From a virus (taxonomy: Duplodnaviria; Caudoviricetes): a stretch of DNA of 64,000 nucleotides. Each line of letters starts with the position of its first letter. Position 1 is the first letter of the stretch. The stretch covers positions 1 to 64,000 of IMG/VR virus record IMGVR_UViG_3300032327_000460; one strand, written 5' to 3'. Position numbers and translations under genes: made by a program. Shown here one piece after another: positions 33,888 through 43,887 of this stretch. The notes under the pieces are model-generated. The model made no database searches, had not been told where the DNA came from, and was given only the letters and a program-made list of their open reading frames with translations.

Positions 33888-36254
33888 TTATTTGTATTGG
33901 CTGTTAACCATTTCATTGTGTTTAGCATCGCTGCCACCTGTCAATCCTCTAAGTAATCTAACATTATCAACCGTGCGTTGATTCTTATAAACTTCTTTAG
34001 GTTCGTAAAAAGTTGTATCTCTTAATGTAAACGAATATGCTGTAAATCCTACTGGTTGTATTGCCATACCAGCAATGTCTACTTTACCTGCCAATTCGTT
34101 TGGTTGCACCTCTCGTTTAACTGTTTCTGTTCTTTGTTCTATATTAGATTGTGGTAATTCCATGCGTTGTTGAATTAGATCATTCAATGGATTACCAGTT
34201 CTTCCTTGACTATTGAAAGTAGATATAGACAATTGTGTGCTTTCGGAGTCTGAATGTCTCGATTCTAATCTTGATTGATATACTGTAGTTGGTGGTGTAG
34301 GTGTTATGTTACTAGTATTAGTAGTACTGAACGGGTTATAACTGAATGAACTACGATTAATAGACAATCCCGTACCAACACTAGTTATCTGCTGAGTTTC
34401 TATTTGAGTAGTTGTTAGTGGGTTTAATAATGTGACCACAGATGGTTGAGAATCCTGTTGGTGTGATAGTGTTGTGTATGTTGTTTGTTGATTCTGTACT
34501 ACACCATTGAATGTTTGAGTTTGTGTCTGCTGTGCCTGCTGCGTAGCCTGCATTGATTGTGTTGTACTTGTTTGAACAGATGCCTGTGTTGTTTGATTAG
34601 AAAACTGTGCGGCAGCAGTAGCACTGTTCGCACTCATGTCTTGATTCATTGTAATTGCGGCATTACTTGCAGCCTGTGAACTTTGTTGAATATTTTCCAA
34701 GGCCTTGGCTGCGTTTTGTACTGCTGTTGCTTGTATTGCTTTGTCTTTTTCCTGTGCTGCTCTTGCTATGCTCAATGCCGCACCCGGTGTCATCTTTGCC
34801 CCATCGTTAGCATTACCGGGCCCTGATTGTGATTGTTGCGGTCCATTGCCGCCGAATGGACCATTACCGGGTCCGTCCCCACCGGCCATTGGGCCTGTAC
34901 GATCCTGTTGTTGTGGTCCACTACCCGCCATTGGTGCGTTATCTGGGCGATTGCCTTCGCCACCGGGCCCTGGACCTTCACCTCTTGCAGGGCCGTTGCC
35001 CCCAAAATTTACGTCCGGCGGACCATTTGGAGCACTGGCATTTGACACCGTTGAACCCAACAACAATGTTTTGGCATAAGCAACGGCATAGCCTTTGCAA
35101 GTTGGGCTGCTCAATGGATCAACTGCACAAGGATCAGCCGTGTAAATGATATTAGCCCATGCTCCTGTAATCGAAGATCCTGTACCAGATGCCACACCCT
35201 GAACTCTACCTGTGCCTAATAATGTCTGATTCATACTTGAAGGCAACAGATACTTTTCACTGACTGAGCCACTAGTGCCTTCTTGCGTAAAACTATAATT
35301 CTTTTGATGTATTACTTGATTACTGCTATTAGTAAAAGTAGCGGCAGCACTGACATAAGCAGGAGTGTTCATGGTCCAACTGCAAGAACCATCTTGATTC
35401 CAAGCAGTACAGCCATAGAATCCTTGTCCCACTGAGTAATTGAATCCATAGTTGAATCCATGTACCATTGCTCCGGATCCTGCAAGACCCAATGCTGTAT
35501 TGACAGCAAAGACTTGATTTAATGATCCACCGCCCACTGAGGAGTTTAATAGATTTTTAGAATTGATAACATCTCCAAATCCAGCACAAGTAGAACTATA
35601 TGCAGGGTTACTGGCGCAAGGATCAACTCTATACTTTAAAGAAAAGTTAACATTGATAATTTCAGGACCATACGGACCTGCCCAGTAATTATTATCACGA
35701 CCAACAAAGCCTACTTGTGCATTGCTATAGTTTGTAGCCGCTGTCGGGTTGGCAAATGTTTCACTAAAGTTAAATTGTGTCCAGTTGTATTTTTGATTAG
35801 TCTGACTTGTATAATCATAATTTGCCGCTAATCCACCGCCGGCATTGTAAAACTTTACATAAGCACCCAAGTAGTCTTGTCTACCGTCATCCCATCCATT
35901 ACCATTCTTGGCCTGAAAACCAAAGTTAAATCCACTCAGTTGTACTCCAGTACCACCTGCTGCCAACGCTTTGTTTATATTGACAATTTGATGTAGGTCC
36001 ACTTGACCGTAACTAAAGTTAATAGCACCGTTAGTTTGTACGTTGGGATACGGGCCGCAATTGCCAGGGGTGTTGCCACCAAAACAACCCAGTTGATTAA
36101 CATAAACGCCGTTATTCCAGTTGCTGGTCGTACCTGTAGGTGTACCAGAGAAATTAATTAAATTCCCTGTAGTACTGTCTACTTGTGCATTAGAATAGTT
36201 TGAACACAAGAGCACCAAGCAAAGCGCCCAGGCCCACTTTTTTATATGTGTCAT
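33888..36254 (-). CDS. Large secreted protein with low-complexity G/P and Q/T/A tracts
   Basis: signal peptide, DPC..P..SP.C motifs. Confidence 0.7.
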   Translation of the reverse strand: MTHIKKWAWALCLVLLCSNYSNAQVDSTTGNLINFSGTPTGTTSNWNNGVYVNQLGCFGGNTPGNCGPYPNVQTNGAINFSYGQVDLHQIVNINKALAAGGTGVQLSGFNFGFQAKNGNGWDDGRQDYLGAYVKFYNAGGGLAANYDYTSQTNQKYNWTQFNFSETFANPTAATNYSNAQVGFVGRDNNYWAGPYGPEIINVNFSLKYRVDPCASNPAYSSTCAGFGDVINSKNLLNSSVGGGSLNQVFAVNTALGLAGSGAMVHGFNYGFNYSVGQGFYGCTAWNQDGSCSWTMNTPAYVSAAATFTNSSNQVIHQKNYSFTQEGTSGSVSEKYLLPSSMNQTLLGTGRVQGVASGTGSSITGAWANIIYTADPCAVDPLSSPTCKGYAVAYAKTLLLGSTVSNASAPNGPPDVNFGGNGPARGEGPGPGGEGNRPDNAPMAGSGPQQQDRTGPMAGGDGPGNGPFGGNGPQQSQSGPGNANDGAKMTPGAALSIARAAQEKDKAIQATAVQNAAKALENIQQSSQAASNAAITMNQDMSANSATAAAQFSNQTTQASVQTSTTQSMQATQQAQQTQTQTFNGVVQNQQTTYTTLSHQQDSQPSVVTLLNPLTTTQIETQQITSVGTGLSINRSSFSYNPFSTTNTSNITPTPPTTVYQSRLESRHSDSESTQLSISTFNSQGRTGNPLNDLIQQRMELPQSNIEQRTETVKREVQPNELAGKVDIAGMAIQPVGFTAYSFTLRDTTFYEPKEVYKNQRTVDNVRLLRGLTGGSDAKHNEMVNSQYK

Positions 36255-37449
36255 CTATTTTATCCTCGTCAGGTTTTGGTAGTTTTTCCGGATTACTTTC
36301 CCATGCAGCCTTTGCCTGTTCACCAATCTTACCTTCGTATGGGCAAGGTGTACCTGCGGCTAACATAGCATCGAACACACGACGGTCTTGGCACATAGTA
36401 GCAACTGCGGCTACTTTCATACCCATGTCATATAGTGTCTTAGATAACTTTAGTCGTTCACAATTCATATCACGAACTGTACCGCCGCCACTGACACCAA
36501 AGATTTGTGTTTGTACACTGCCACTAGTACCAGTACTACATAAATCAGCATTACCACCGCTCATCATAGTAGGTGCAACTGCTGTTGGTGGCGGCTGTAT
36601 AACTCGCTGAGTAATGTTTGATTCGTTGATATTACGATTGGTCATCTCACCGCTGTTGATGTTTTGATTAACGTTGGCATTGTTGTTGGTACTCGTACTG
36701 GTATTATTATTGTTATTAGTCATTGTACCATTGTTGGTATTTTGATTAATATTGGTCATTGTACCACTGTTGATATTAGTGTTAGTATTACTAGTTGTTG
36801 CCGTAGTATTGTTAATATTACGGTTAGTCATATCACCTGTGTTAACGTTGTTGTTTGTATTTGTGCTAGTGCTTGTACTAGTGTTAATATTACGATTGGT
36901 CATATCACCGGTGTTAATATTTCTATTTGTATTATCACTGGTACTGGTATTTACATTGTTGTTGTTATTTGTTGATGTGCTGGTACTTACATTGTTGTTG
37001 TTGTACGTCATTGTGCCAGTGTTGATGTTGTTGTTGGTATTGACACTTGTACTGGTACTGGCATTGACATTATTGTTGTTATTAGTCATTGTGCCTGTAT
37101 TAACATTGTTATTATTAAACGTTTGAGTGCCGCTATTAACATTGTTATTATTATTTGTATAGGTTACAGAACCACTCATAACATTATTGTTGTTATTATT
37201 GTTGGTCATTGTACCACTATTAACATTGTTGTTGTTATTAGTGTTGGTTGTACCACCAGTTAAATTGGTATTGTTATTAGTAGTGGTAGTACCACTATTA
37301 ACGTTATTTGTATTGATAGTGCTTACGCTATTACTGGTACTGTTAGTATCAACTAGACTTTTTGAATCATAACCGCCTTGATTAATAACGGTCTGAGCCA
37401 TACTCCCAGTGGCAATAACAACAGATAGTGCTATTATGGTCTTTTTCAT
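36190..37449 (-). CDS. Secreted Asn/Thr-repeat protein with Cys-containing C-terminal domain and TM anchor
   Basis: signal peptide, NxNxNxG repeats, CERLKLSK.L..MGMKVAAV..MCQD.RVF. Confidence 0.75.
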   Translation of the reverse strand: MKKTIIALSVVIATGSMAQTVINQGGYDSKSLVDTNSTSNSVSTINTNNVNSGTTTTNNNTNLTGGTTNTNNNNNVNSGTMTNNNNNNNVMSGSVTYTNNNNNVNSGTQTFNNNNVNTGTMTNNNNNVNASTSTSVNTNNNINTGTMTYNNNNVSTSTSTNNNNNVNTSTSDNTNRNINTGDMTNRNINTSTSTSTNTNNNVNTGDMTNRNINNTTATTSNTNTNINSGTMTNINQNTNNGTMTNNNNNTSTSTNNNANVNQNINSGEMTNRNINESNITQRVIQPPPTAVAPTMMSGGNADLCSTGTSGSVQTQIFGVSGGGTVRDMNCERLKLSKTLYDMGMKVAAVATMCQDRRVFDAMLAAGTPCPYEGKIGEQAKAAWESNPEKLPKPDEDKIDDTYKKVGLGALLGALVFKLF

Positions 37450-37584
37450 CTTTTTTCCTTGTTTTTATTATTTTTGAGTAAAAGATGTTTTTACTATTGA
37501 TATTTATCAAAAAATGGGTTAATAAAACTATGTAGATAACTATCTGCTAATAATGATTAGTGGTATTGCCACTATAAATATCAG

Positions 37585-37911
37585 ATGAAACAAACTATTA
37601 TTATATTATTAATGGCGCTAGCATCTCCATTAATACATTCCAAAGAAACTGTGGTATCCGAAGAGATTGTGACTTTTGAAGCACCTTGCTATACTACAAC
37701 TGAGTTGTTTAGTTCTTTAAAAGAATTGTACAAAGAATCACCTATTATAATAGGAAAAGCGACTGATGAAGCAGGATCCACGATGAGTTTTTGGATTAAT
37801 CCAATAAAACTTAGTTGGACTATTATTGCTACCAAGGGTAATTTAAGCTGTGTTATTGGATCCGGCACACATTTTAAAATTATGCCAAATAAAAAATCTT
37901 TAAGCCTATAA
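37585..37911 (+). CDS. Small secreted hypothetical protein
   Basis: signal peptide; TATAAATA 4 nt before ATG. Confidence 0.7.
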   Translation: MKQTIIILLMALASPLIHSKETVVSEEIVTFEAPCYTTTELFSSLKELYKESPIIIGKATDEAGSTMSFWINPIKLSWTIIATKGNLSCVIGSGTHFKIMPNKKSLSL

Positions 37912-37921
37912 TAGGCAATGA

Positions 37922-38668
37922 TTGGATAGAAGAATGCTTAGAATTTTTATATTATCATGTCTCTTGCACTTTGGAGCACATGCACAAGTAGTACCACTTA
38001 CCGCACAATCTTGGTTAGTAGCCGATAGTAACGGTAAAATATTAGATGGTAATAAAACTACCGATATTCGCAGTATAGCAAGTATTACTAAACTAATGAC
38101 AGTTATGGTTGTGTTAGATGCAGAACAAAATCTAGATGAGGTTATTTCTACTAAACTTTATAATAAAAAATTATCTAGAAGGGAACTGATTAGCCTTGCT
38201 ATAATCAAATCAGATAATCAAGCCGCAACTATTTTATGTCAAAAATATACAACAGGACTAAGCGGATGCATTCATGCAATGAATGACAAAGCCAAGTCGC
38301 TGGAAATGTATGATACAAAATATCTTGAACCCACTGGATTAAGTGTGTTTAATGTTAGTACCGCAGAAGATTTAGTTAAACTTGTAATTGCCGCAAGCAA
38401 GTATCAAATTATAAATGAAGATAGTAATAAAGATATTATCAAAATGGCAATTAATAAAAAGAAAACTGCACTATTTCACAACACTAATAGTTTAGTTGGA
38501 CATGGTCATAGATTTATTGTTAGTAAAACCGGATGGATCAATAAGAGCGGTGGCTGTATCGTAATGATGTTAACCACTGAACGTGGTATACGAACAGTGA
38601 TTTTATTGGGTAGCAAGAATACAAAGACTCGTATTCCTGAAGCTAAAATGATTGCACTAGCTTATTAA
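37922..38668 (+). CDS. D-Ala-D-Ala carboxy/endopeptidase (peptidase S11, PBP5/PBP7-like)
   Basis: SITK (SxxK), SDN, KTG. Confidence 0.92.
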   Translation: MDRRMLRIFILSCLLHFGAHAQVVPLTAQSWLVADSNGKILDGNKTTDIRSIASITKLMTVMVVLDAEQNLDEVISTKLYNKKLSRRELISLAIIKSDNQAATILCQKYTTGLSGCIHAMNDKAKSLEMYDTKYLEPTGLSVFNVSTAEDLVKLVIAASKYQIINEDSNKDIIKMAINKKKTALFHNTNSLVGHGHRFIVSKTGWINKSGGCIVMMLTTERGIRTVILLGSKNTKTRIPEAKMIALAY

Positions 38669-38947
38669 TTTTTTATATTTACTAGCATCCTGTTTAGGAA
38701 TGTAATCGATTCCGGGTACAGGACTGAAATCTTTAATATAGTCTTGTCTCATGTCATCGCCGTATTTTAATGTTAGTAGACTAAAGGCTTGATTGTTCTT
38801 TTCATTGTCTTCGATTCCAATCGTCAACCATTGATACCGATGAATCTTCTCATCGATTAATTTTTTAATACTTACATCATTTAGTATGTCATCAAAATTA
38901 TTATCTTCACGGTAAAATGTATATAGTTTTGTCATTATTTTTTCCAC
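38657..38947 (-). CDS. Hypothetical protein
   Basis: ORF in a coupled run. Confidence 0.6.
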   Translation of the reverse strand: MEKIMTKLYTFYREDNNFDDILNDVSIKKLIDEKIHRYQWLTIGIEDNEKNNQAFSLLTLKYGDDMRQDYIKDFSPVPGIDYIPKQDASKYKKLIS

Positions 38948-39135
38948 AATATAAAATTAATGTAATCAGGTTCAGTTTCAAAATAGAAATCATATAACCC
39001 ACCATCCTGTCCGGCGGGTACTAGACAGTCATACCCCCAATCATTATCACAGTTTCTAGTACACCATTCAATGACTGGTTTTAATTGACCGTAGCCAATT
39101 ATTATTTCAGTTTTGTACTGTGTATCTGGTGACAC
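38935..39135 (-). CDS. Hypothetical protein
   Basis: ORF in a coupled run. Confidence 0.6.
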   Translation of the reverse strand: MSPDTQYKTEIIIGYGQLKPVIEWCTRNCDNDWGYDCLVPAGQDGGLYDFYFETEPDYINFILWKK

Positions 39136-39607
39136 TCACGCCGCCCTTTTCTAAGAATTCTATACCAGCATCATCTTTATATGTGTCACGGTAAAATATA
39201 CTTTTAATACCTGATTGAAAGATTGCCTTAGCACAATGAATACACGGAGCAGTTGTTACAAATAATGTAGCACTCTCGCTAGATTCTGTACTACCAGACA
39301 CCTTAGAAATGGCGTTCATCTCCGCGTGAAGGACCTCATCTTTAGTAACTAACCTATACCTGCGATTACTTTCAACTATAGGATCATATTCCTCTAGAGG
39401 GTATAATTGTCCATTCCAATTGTCTCCGGGCATGTATTCTTTATATTCACATTCGTTGGTCCACCCTGTTGGCATACCGTTGTAACCATAACTAAGAATA
39501 CGATTCTCTTTTACAATCACAGCCCCTACTTGCCTACGAATTGCAGTAGATAGCTTGCTGGTACGTTCCGCAACGTCCATATAATAGTCAATAAATTTTT
39601 GTTTCAT
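39107..39607 (-). CDS. dCMP deaminase
   Basis: GYNG, HAEMNA, PCIHC. Confidence 0.93.
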   Translation of the reverse strand: MKQKFIDYYMDVAERTSKLSTAIRRQVGAVIVKENRILSYGYNGMPTGWTNECEYKEYMPGDNWNGQLYPLEEYDPIVESNRRYRLVTKDEVLHAEMNAISKVSGSTESSESATLFVTTAPCIHCAKAIFQSGIKSIFYRDTYKDDAGIEFLEKGGVSVTRYTVQN

Positions 39608-39843
39608 CTTACGTAGAATTTTTTAATATGTGCTTTTGCTGAATGATCGGGTAAGATACTCAGTACATAGTTTGGTTCGTCATACTTTTTGCAAAAAGCT
39701 TCACCTAATTTAAGTTCACCTTTAATCTGTTCAAATAGAAATTCTTTGCAAAAATTGTCAAACTCTTGTCTAGTAATTTTAAAATCTTTTTTACCTTTAC
39801 CTAAAGTTTGTAAGTCTAGTTGTTTTACCATTTTATCAAACAT
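39604..39843 (-). CDS. Hypothetical protein
   Basis: start revised to ATG 39843. Confidence 0.6.
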   Translation of the reverse strand: MFDKMVKQLDLQTLGKGKKDFKITRQEFDNFCKEFLFEQIKGELKLGEAFCKKYDEPNYVLSILPDHSAKAHIKKFYVR

Positions 39844-39844
39844 A

Positions 39845-40384
39845 TTAATCCCACAAACTACGATAGTATTTGCCAAACAATTCAAGACCTTCTTGGATAC
39901 GTTCCTCATGTAACTGATGCCCCTCACTATCATACCAATGTGCATCGGGATTTTTGTCAACCATTTGAAAAGTTTCTTCTACTTTACCTGTGATTGGATT
40001 GGGGAAAGTTTTATCAGTTTTTATCCAATCATATTCACTTGTACCATGATGATATTTGTCATTGTAATCGTCATGTGAAAGTTGATAAAATGCCCAAATC
40101 ATTTTATCTAGTATCTCATCCCATTTTTTACTAGCCTCAGTCCAAGATTCATCGTGTGATTCTTTATAGAAGTCAAAGCTACGTTGACTATTCCATTCTT
40201 CTCCACCAACGCTGTCTACGATTTCCCCTGGCACACCATGCTTTGTTTCTTTAAGTTGAATCAACGCTGGGTATATGATCATAGCAAGGGTGTGATCTAG
40301 ACTCCAAGTATCAAACCTATCAATACGAATATCAATTTTTCTACGACTTCCCTTTTTAGGGAAAGAACCTATTTTAACTTTCAT
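39845..40384 (-). CDS. Conserved phage hypothetical protein
   Basis: DTWSLDHTLA..GLELFGKYYRSLWD. Confidence 0.75.
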   Translation of the reverse strand: MKVKIGSFPKKGSRRKIDIRIDRFDTWSLDHTLAMIIYPALIQLKETKHGVPGEIVDSVGGEEWNSQRSFDFYKESHDESWTEASKKWDEILDKMIWAFYQLSHDDYNDKYHHGTSEYDWIKTDKTFPNPITGKVEETFQMVDKNPDAHWYDSEGHQLHEERIQEGLELFGKYYRSLWD

Positions 40385-40746
40385 TTTAATACTTCTTTTT
40401 CGGATTTAACAATACCATCAACAAACGCATAAACTTCTTTGTCTATCATAACTGCGGCATATTTGATATTTTTATATTTTTGTGCAAGAGTAGCCAATTC
40501 TTCTAAAGTAGAACCTTGACAAATAAAATTATCAGTATCTCTTTCAAAGAGGTATAAAATGTTATTTGATTTCTCTACAAAAAGTTGAGCAACATCTAGT
40601 TTTTCTAATTCAGGATCTGTTTCTTTAAGCACACCCCGACGTTTTGCTTCTTTATATATTAAATCCCGCAAACGATATGCAATAACAGACACACCAAATT
40701 GGTAACCTACCCAAAATATAAAACCAATAAATATAAGTTCTAACAT
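40381..40746 (-). CDS. Membrane-anchored hypothetical protein
   Basis: N-terminal TM. Confidence 0.65.
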   Translation of the reverse strand: MLELIFIGFIFWVGYQFGVSVIAYRLRDLIYKEAKRRGVLKETDPELEKLDVAQLFVEKSNNILYLFERDTDNFICQGSTLEELATLAQKYKNIKYAAVMIDKEVYAFVDGIVKSEKEVLK

Positions 40747-40752
40747 AGTTTT

Positions 40753-41034
40753 TTATTTATTAATTTTTAAATTAGACCATTGTTTTAATTTTTCAAATTT
40801 AGCTTTCTTAGCCTCTTTAAGACCTTGAACAGTAACACCAACTTTATTATCAACTAGTAATTCAATCATTGCTTGTAAGTCACCAAGTTCTTTTTGCAAT
40901 CGTTGAATGTTAGTAACGTCAACTCCTGCCATCATTTGATCTGGACCAAATCTAAAACACTTGCTAACCTCTACAATAACTTCTGCACATTCTTCTTGTA
41001 GAATAATTAATATCTCTTTTGTATCTTCGTTCAT
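40753..41034 (-). CDS. MazG-like NTP pyrophosphohydrolase
   Basis: LQEECAEV..ELGDL. Confidence 0.7.
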   Translation of the reverse strand: MNEDTKEILIILQEECAEVIVEVSKCFRFGPDQMMAGVDVTNIQRLQKELGDLQAMIELLVDNKVGVTVQGLKEAKKAKFEKLKQWSNLKINK

Positions 41035-41562
41035 TTAATCTCTCTTTTTATTTGCCATTTGTGAAATTTTAGGTTCAATGTATTGTTTGTGATATTCTTT
41101 ATAGTTGTTCAAATATGTTTCCCATTGAATCCAGCGATTTTTTCCAGATCTGGTATTAGTTAAAAAACCCCAATCTCGTTGCTGAGGTCCCATAAAGAAT
41201 AATGTAGTTGCTGATTTACCTTCTTCAAGTTCAAGCCAATGATAATCACCTGCACTGCGTTTGATAACAGAACCGGGACCTCGCCAAGTTTGAAATTCAG
41301 TAAACATATTTCCGTTGTTATCAAAGACGGGAGTATGTTCCCAATAACCGCCTTTAAGTACTACTGTTAGATAGGGCCAGGGATGATCGTGCATAATAGG
41401 ATCATCACTACGCACAATTTTATGCAATGTGACATTAAAGGGGAACCAACTACGATCTTTCAAAAATAGATAGTACCTATGCATATAATCACTACCTGTT
41501 CTACGATCAGGAATCAAACGATACCGACCTAGCTTGTTCATTACTTTGTGAAAGAAACTCAT
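41035..41562 (-). CDS. Cupin-like phage protein
   Basis: LHKI..SDDP.MHDHPW..H.LEL. Confidence 0.7.
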   Translation of the reverse strand: MSFFHKVMNKLGRYRLIPDRRTGSDYMHRYYLFLKDRSWFPFNVTLHKIVRSDDPIMHDHPWPYLTVVLKGGYWEHTPVFDNNGNMFTEFQTWRGPGSVIKRSAGDYHWLELEEGKSATTLFFMGPQQRDWGFLTNTRSGKNRWIQWETYLNNYKEYHKQYIEPKISQMANKKRD

Positions 41563-41636
41563 TGATTGCTCCTATAGAAATTGCGTATACACTATTATAG
41601 CACACTTTTGAATTAAATGCAAGTGATAGATATAGG

Positions 41637-41657
41637 AAAAGGGCACGAATGCCCTTC
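41637..41657 (-). terminator. Intrinsic terminator
   Basis: GGGCA-TTCG-TGCCC-TTTT on the minus strand. Confidence 0.75.
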
Positions 41658-41674
41658 AGTTTAATCATTAAAGA

Positions 41675-41935
41675 TTAAACTAGACCCATTGCCATAGCCT
41701 TGTAACCTGCGGCTACAACTGCACGGGTTGGGGTACCCAAACGATACTTAGTGAAAGTCTCACCACGCTTGTTTGTACGCTTGTTAGCGTAAACAGCAAA
41801 ACCACCGCGGATGCGAAGGTCGCTTACGGTTGCTGTTGGATTAGCAATACCGAAACGGCTAGTGATTTGCTTTGCGGTAAGTTGCTCACCGTTCTGAAGT
41901 GCCTTCAACAAGGCTGTTTGCTTAGTTGCGTTCAT
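41675..41935 (-). CDS. Winged-helix/HTH DNA-binding protein
   Basis: LTAKQITSRFGIANPTATVSDLR; start revised to ATG 41935 (SD AAGGA). Confidence 0.75.
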   Translation of the reverse strand: MNATKQTALLKALQNGEQLTAKQITSRFGIANPTATVSDLRIRGGFAVYANKRTNKRGETFTKYRLGTPTRAVVAAGYKAMAMGLV

Positions 41936-42031
41936 TTTATTTTCCTTTAAAATTTCATTGTTCGCACAATGTAGATAGATTATACGATAGATTTTACTAT
42001 TGAACAATACATTCTGGATACCTTGTTTCAC

Positions 42032-42874
42032 TTAGATATCCAAAAACTTTAACTCAAACACATCGGCTTGAGGATCGTGTCCTTTATATCCACGAGGATT
42101 ACACACCACTCTGGTTGTACCAATCATGTAGTCAAATGGGTCATGGGTATGTCCATGTGTCCAAAGGACAATTTGCGGGTTATCCAAAATCATTTCACTT
42201 AGGTCGCTACGATAAGCACCGTTCATTAGTGTTTCATTCATAAATCGTGGATGAGTACTCATTGCAGAAGGACCATGATGTCCTACAAACACAACCTTAC
42301 GATCCTTCATGTCAGGAAGTATTGCTTTCAAGTATGCAAGTGTTTGTTGGTGACGATACATTGTATGTGCAGGACGTAATTTGGTGAATTCAAGTTCATC
42401 ATTGCGAATAACACGATAGTCGTTCATCATATCAGTCAATGCATGTAATGTAAGTGGATCACCTTTATTACAATCAGTCCACAATGTAGCACCAATAAAG
42501 GACACTTCATTGATTACCTTAACATCACGTTCCAAAAAGTAAACATTAGGAAACTTGCCACATTCTTCACGCAAGTGTGTGAGACTTTCTTTCCAAGTAC
42601 CATGATAAAACTCGTGGTTGCCTGCAACATAAACCACATGTGGGAATTCAGTACTGCAATGTTTCAAAAAGTCACGGAATCGTTGGGCCGTTTCTTGTCG
42701 GCGAGTGAGACTGTCAATCATGGCCGCAACACGAACCTTTTCCGCAGGATGATCGTGTAGATCCTGTGCAATCATAATGTCACCTGAGAGTATAAGGACT
42801 TCTGCGCCCTCAGTGTTCTTAAGAGTGATGTCTGAGAATTCCAAATGTAAATCCGACGCCAATGCTACTTTCAT
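42032..42874 (-). CDS. Calcineurin-like metallophosphoesterase
   Basis: SDLHLE, GD, GNHEFY, HH.P, HGHTH. Confidence 0.9.
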   Translation of the reverse strand: MKVALASDLHLEFSDITLKNTEGAEVLILSGDIMIAQDLHDHPAEKVRVAAMIDSLTRRQETAQRFRDFLKHCSTEFPHVVYVAGNHEFYHGTWKESLTHLREECGKFPNVYFLERDVKVINEVSFIGATLWTDCNKGDPLTLHALTDMMNDYRVIRNDELEFTKLRPAHTMYRHQQTLAYLKAILPDMKDRKVVFVGHHGPSAMSTHPRFMNETLMNGAYRSDLSEMILDNPQIVLWTHGHTHDPFDYMIGTTRVVCNPRGYKGHDPQADVFELKFLDI

Positions 42875-43017
42875 AACTTTTTTATTTTGTCAATTAGTTC
42901 ATTAGCTTCTTTATACTGACTTTCTTTTAGAATCATATCCATGTAATTATCAACCATTCGTTCCCACTCGGGGTAGTTTTGTGTCCACTTAATAGTGTAC
43001 AATTCTTTATCATTCAT
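42871..43017 (-). CDS. Small hypothetical protein (48 aa)
   Basis: ATGA overlaps at both ends. Confidence 0.6.
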   Translation of the reverse strand: MNDKELYTIKWTQNYPEWERMVDNYMDMILKESQYKEANELIDKIKKL

Positions 43018-43343
43018 GTCAACTCCATAATATGTTTGCAACTACCACGATACACGTATCCTGGGCACGTGCAAGTTTTGTCTTCGGTATCGATAGAATA
43101 GATATTACCTTTACTACCGGACACTTTGATGATTGTACTCTTTTTTTTTAAGAACTTGAAAGGATTTGGCTTAACTGGAGCAAACTTACGACCACGCTTG
43201 TCAATTGTGATCGGTTTTTTGAAGTAGATAGGAGTAGTAGAACCAACCTTGATGTACGCAACCATTTTTGTTCCGTCAAGCAAGTATGTATGATTAGCAT
43301 TGTTACTATCATTCCAAACTGTTGTTTCTACTACTGCTTCCAT
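43014..43343 (-). CDS. Protein with SWIM-like Zn finger
   Basis: CTCPGY.YRG.CKH. Confidence 0.7.
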   Translation of the reverse strand: MEAVVETTVWNDSNNANHTYLLDGTKMVAYIKVGSTTPIYFKKPITIDKRGRKFAPVKPNPFKFLKKKSTIIKVSGSKGNIYSIDTEDKTCTCPGYVYRGSCKHIMELT

Positions 43344-43344
43344 A

Positions 43345-43818
43345 TTAAGCCACCTCTGCTTCTAATTCTTTAGCAAATGCTTCTGCCAACAAAACAAACT
43401 CACCACCATGATCGGACACAAACCATGTAGCAACACCATTTACATTTCGCAAAATGTAATCGTATTCTTCAGATTGACCATTGGCTCTGTAGTCTGCAAA
43501 GTCCTTGAAGTAATTTGCATCAGATTGACCTTCACCGCGGTCACGACCATAGAATGTACACATGTTACCATACAGTTTGTAGAATTCATCCGAGGTCATA
43601 CCTTCAACATCATAGTGACTAAAGGGATGCTTTGTACCAATTGTTGTACGCAAACTAGACAAACCACCGAGGTCAATAAGTTCACGCAAGATGAAGGGGT
43701 TAGAATAGTTCTCAAGCAGGATCTTGCCGTTGTGAACCAAGTAACCATCCCAGTGACAGTACACTTGACCAATAGTACCATCAGCGAATTCCAGAGCGAT
43801 TGTAGAACGAGTTGCCAT
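43345..43818 (-). CDS. Conserved early phage protein
   Basis: TRSTI..VYCHWDGY. Confidence 0.8.
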   Translation of the reverse strand: MATRSTIALEFADGTIGQVYCHWDGYLVHNGKILLENYSNPFILRELIDLGGLSSLRTTIGTKHPFSHYDVEGMTSDEFYKLYGNMCTFYGRDRGEGQSDANYFKDFADYRANGQSEEYDYILRNVNGVATWFVSDHGGEFVLLAEAFAKELEAEVA

Positions 43819-43851
43819 TTTTAAGTCCTTTATTTAACTGTTTAAGATTCT

Positions 43852-43880
43852 ATTATATACCCAAACTGATTTATTGTCAA
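43852..43880 (-). promoter_or_regulatory. Early sigma70 promoter
   Basis: TTGACAATAAAT..TTTGGGTATATAAT. Confidence 0.9.
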
Positions 43881-43887
43881 ATTTTGG

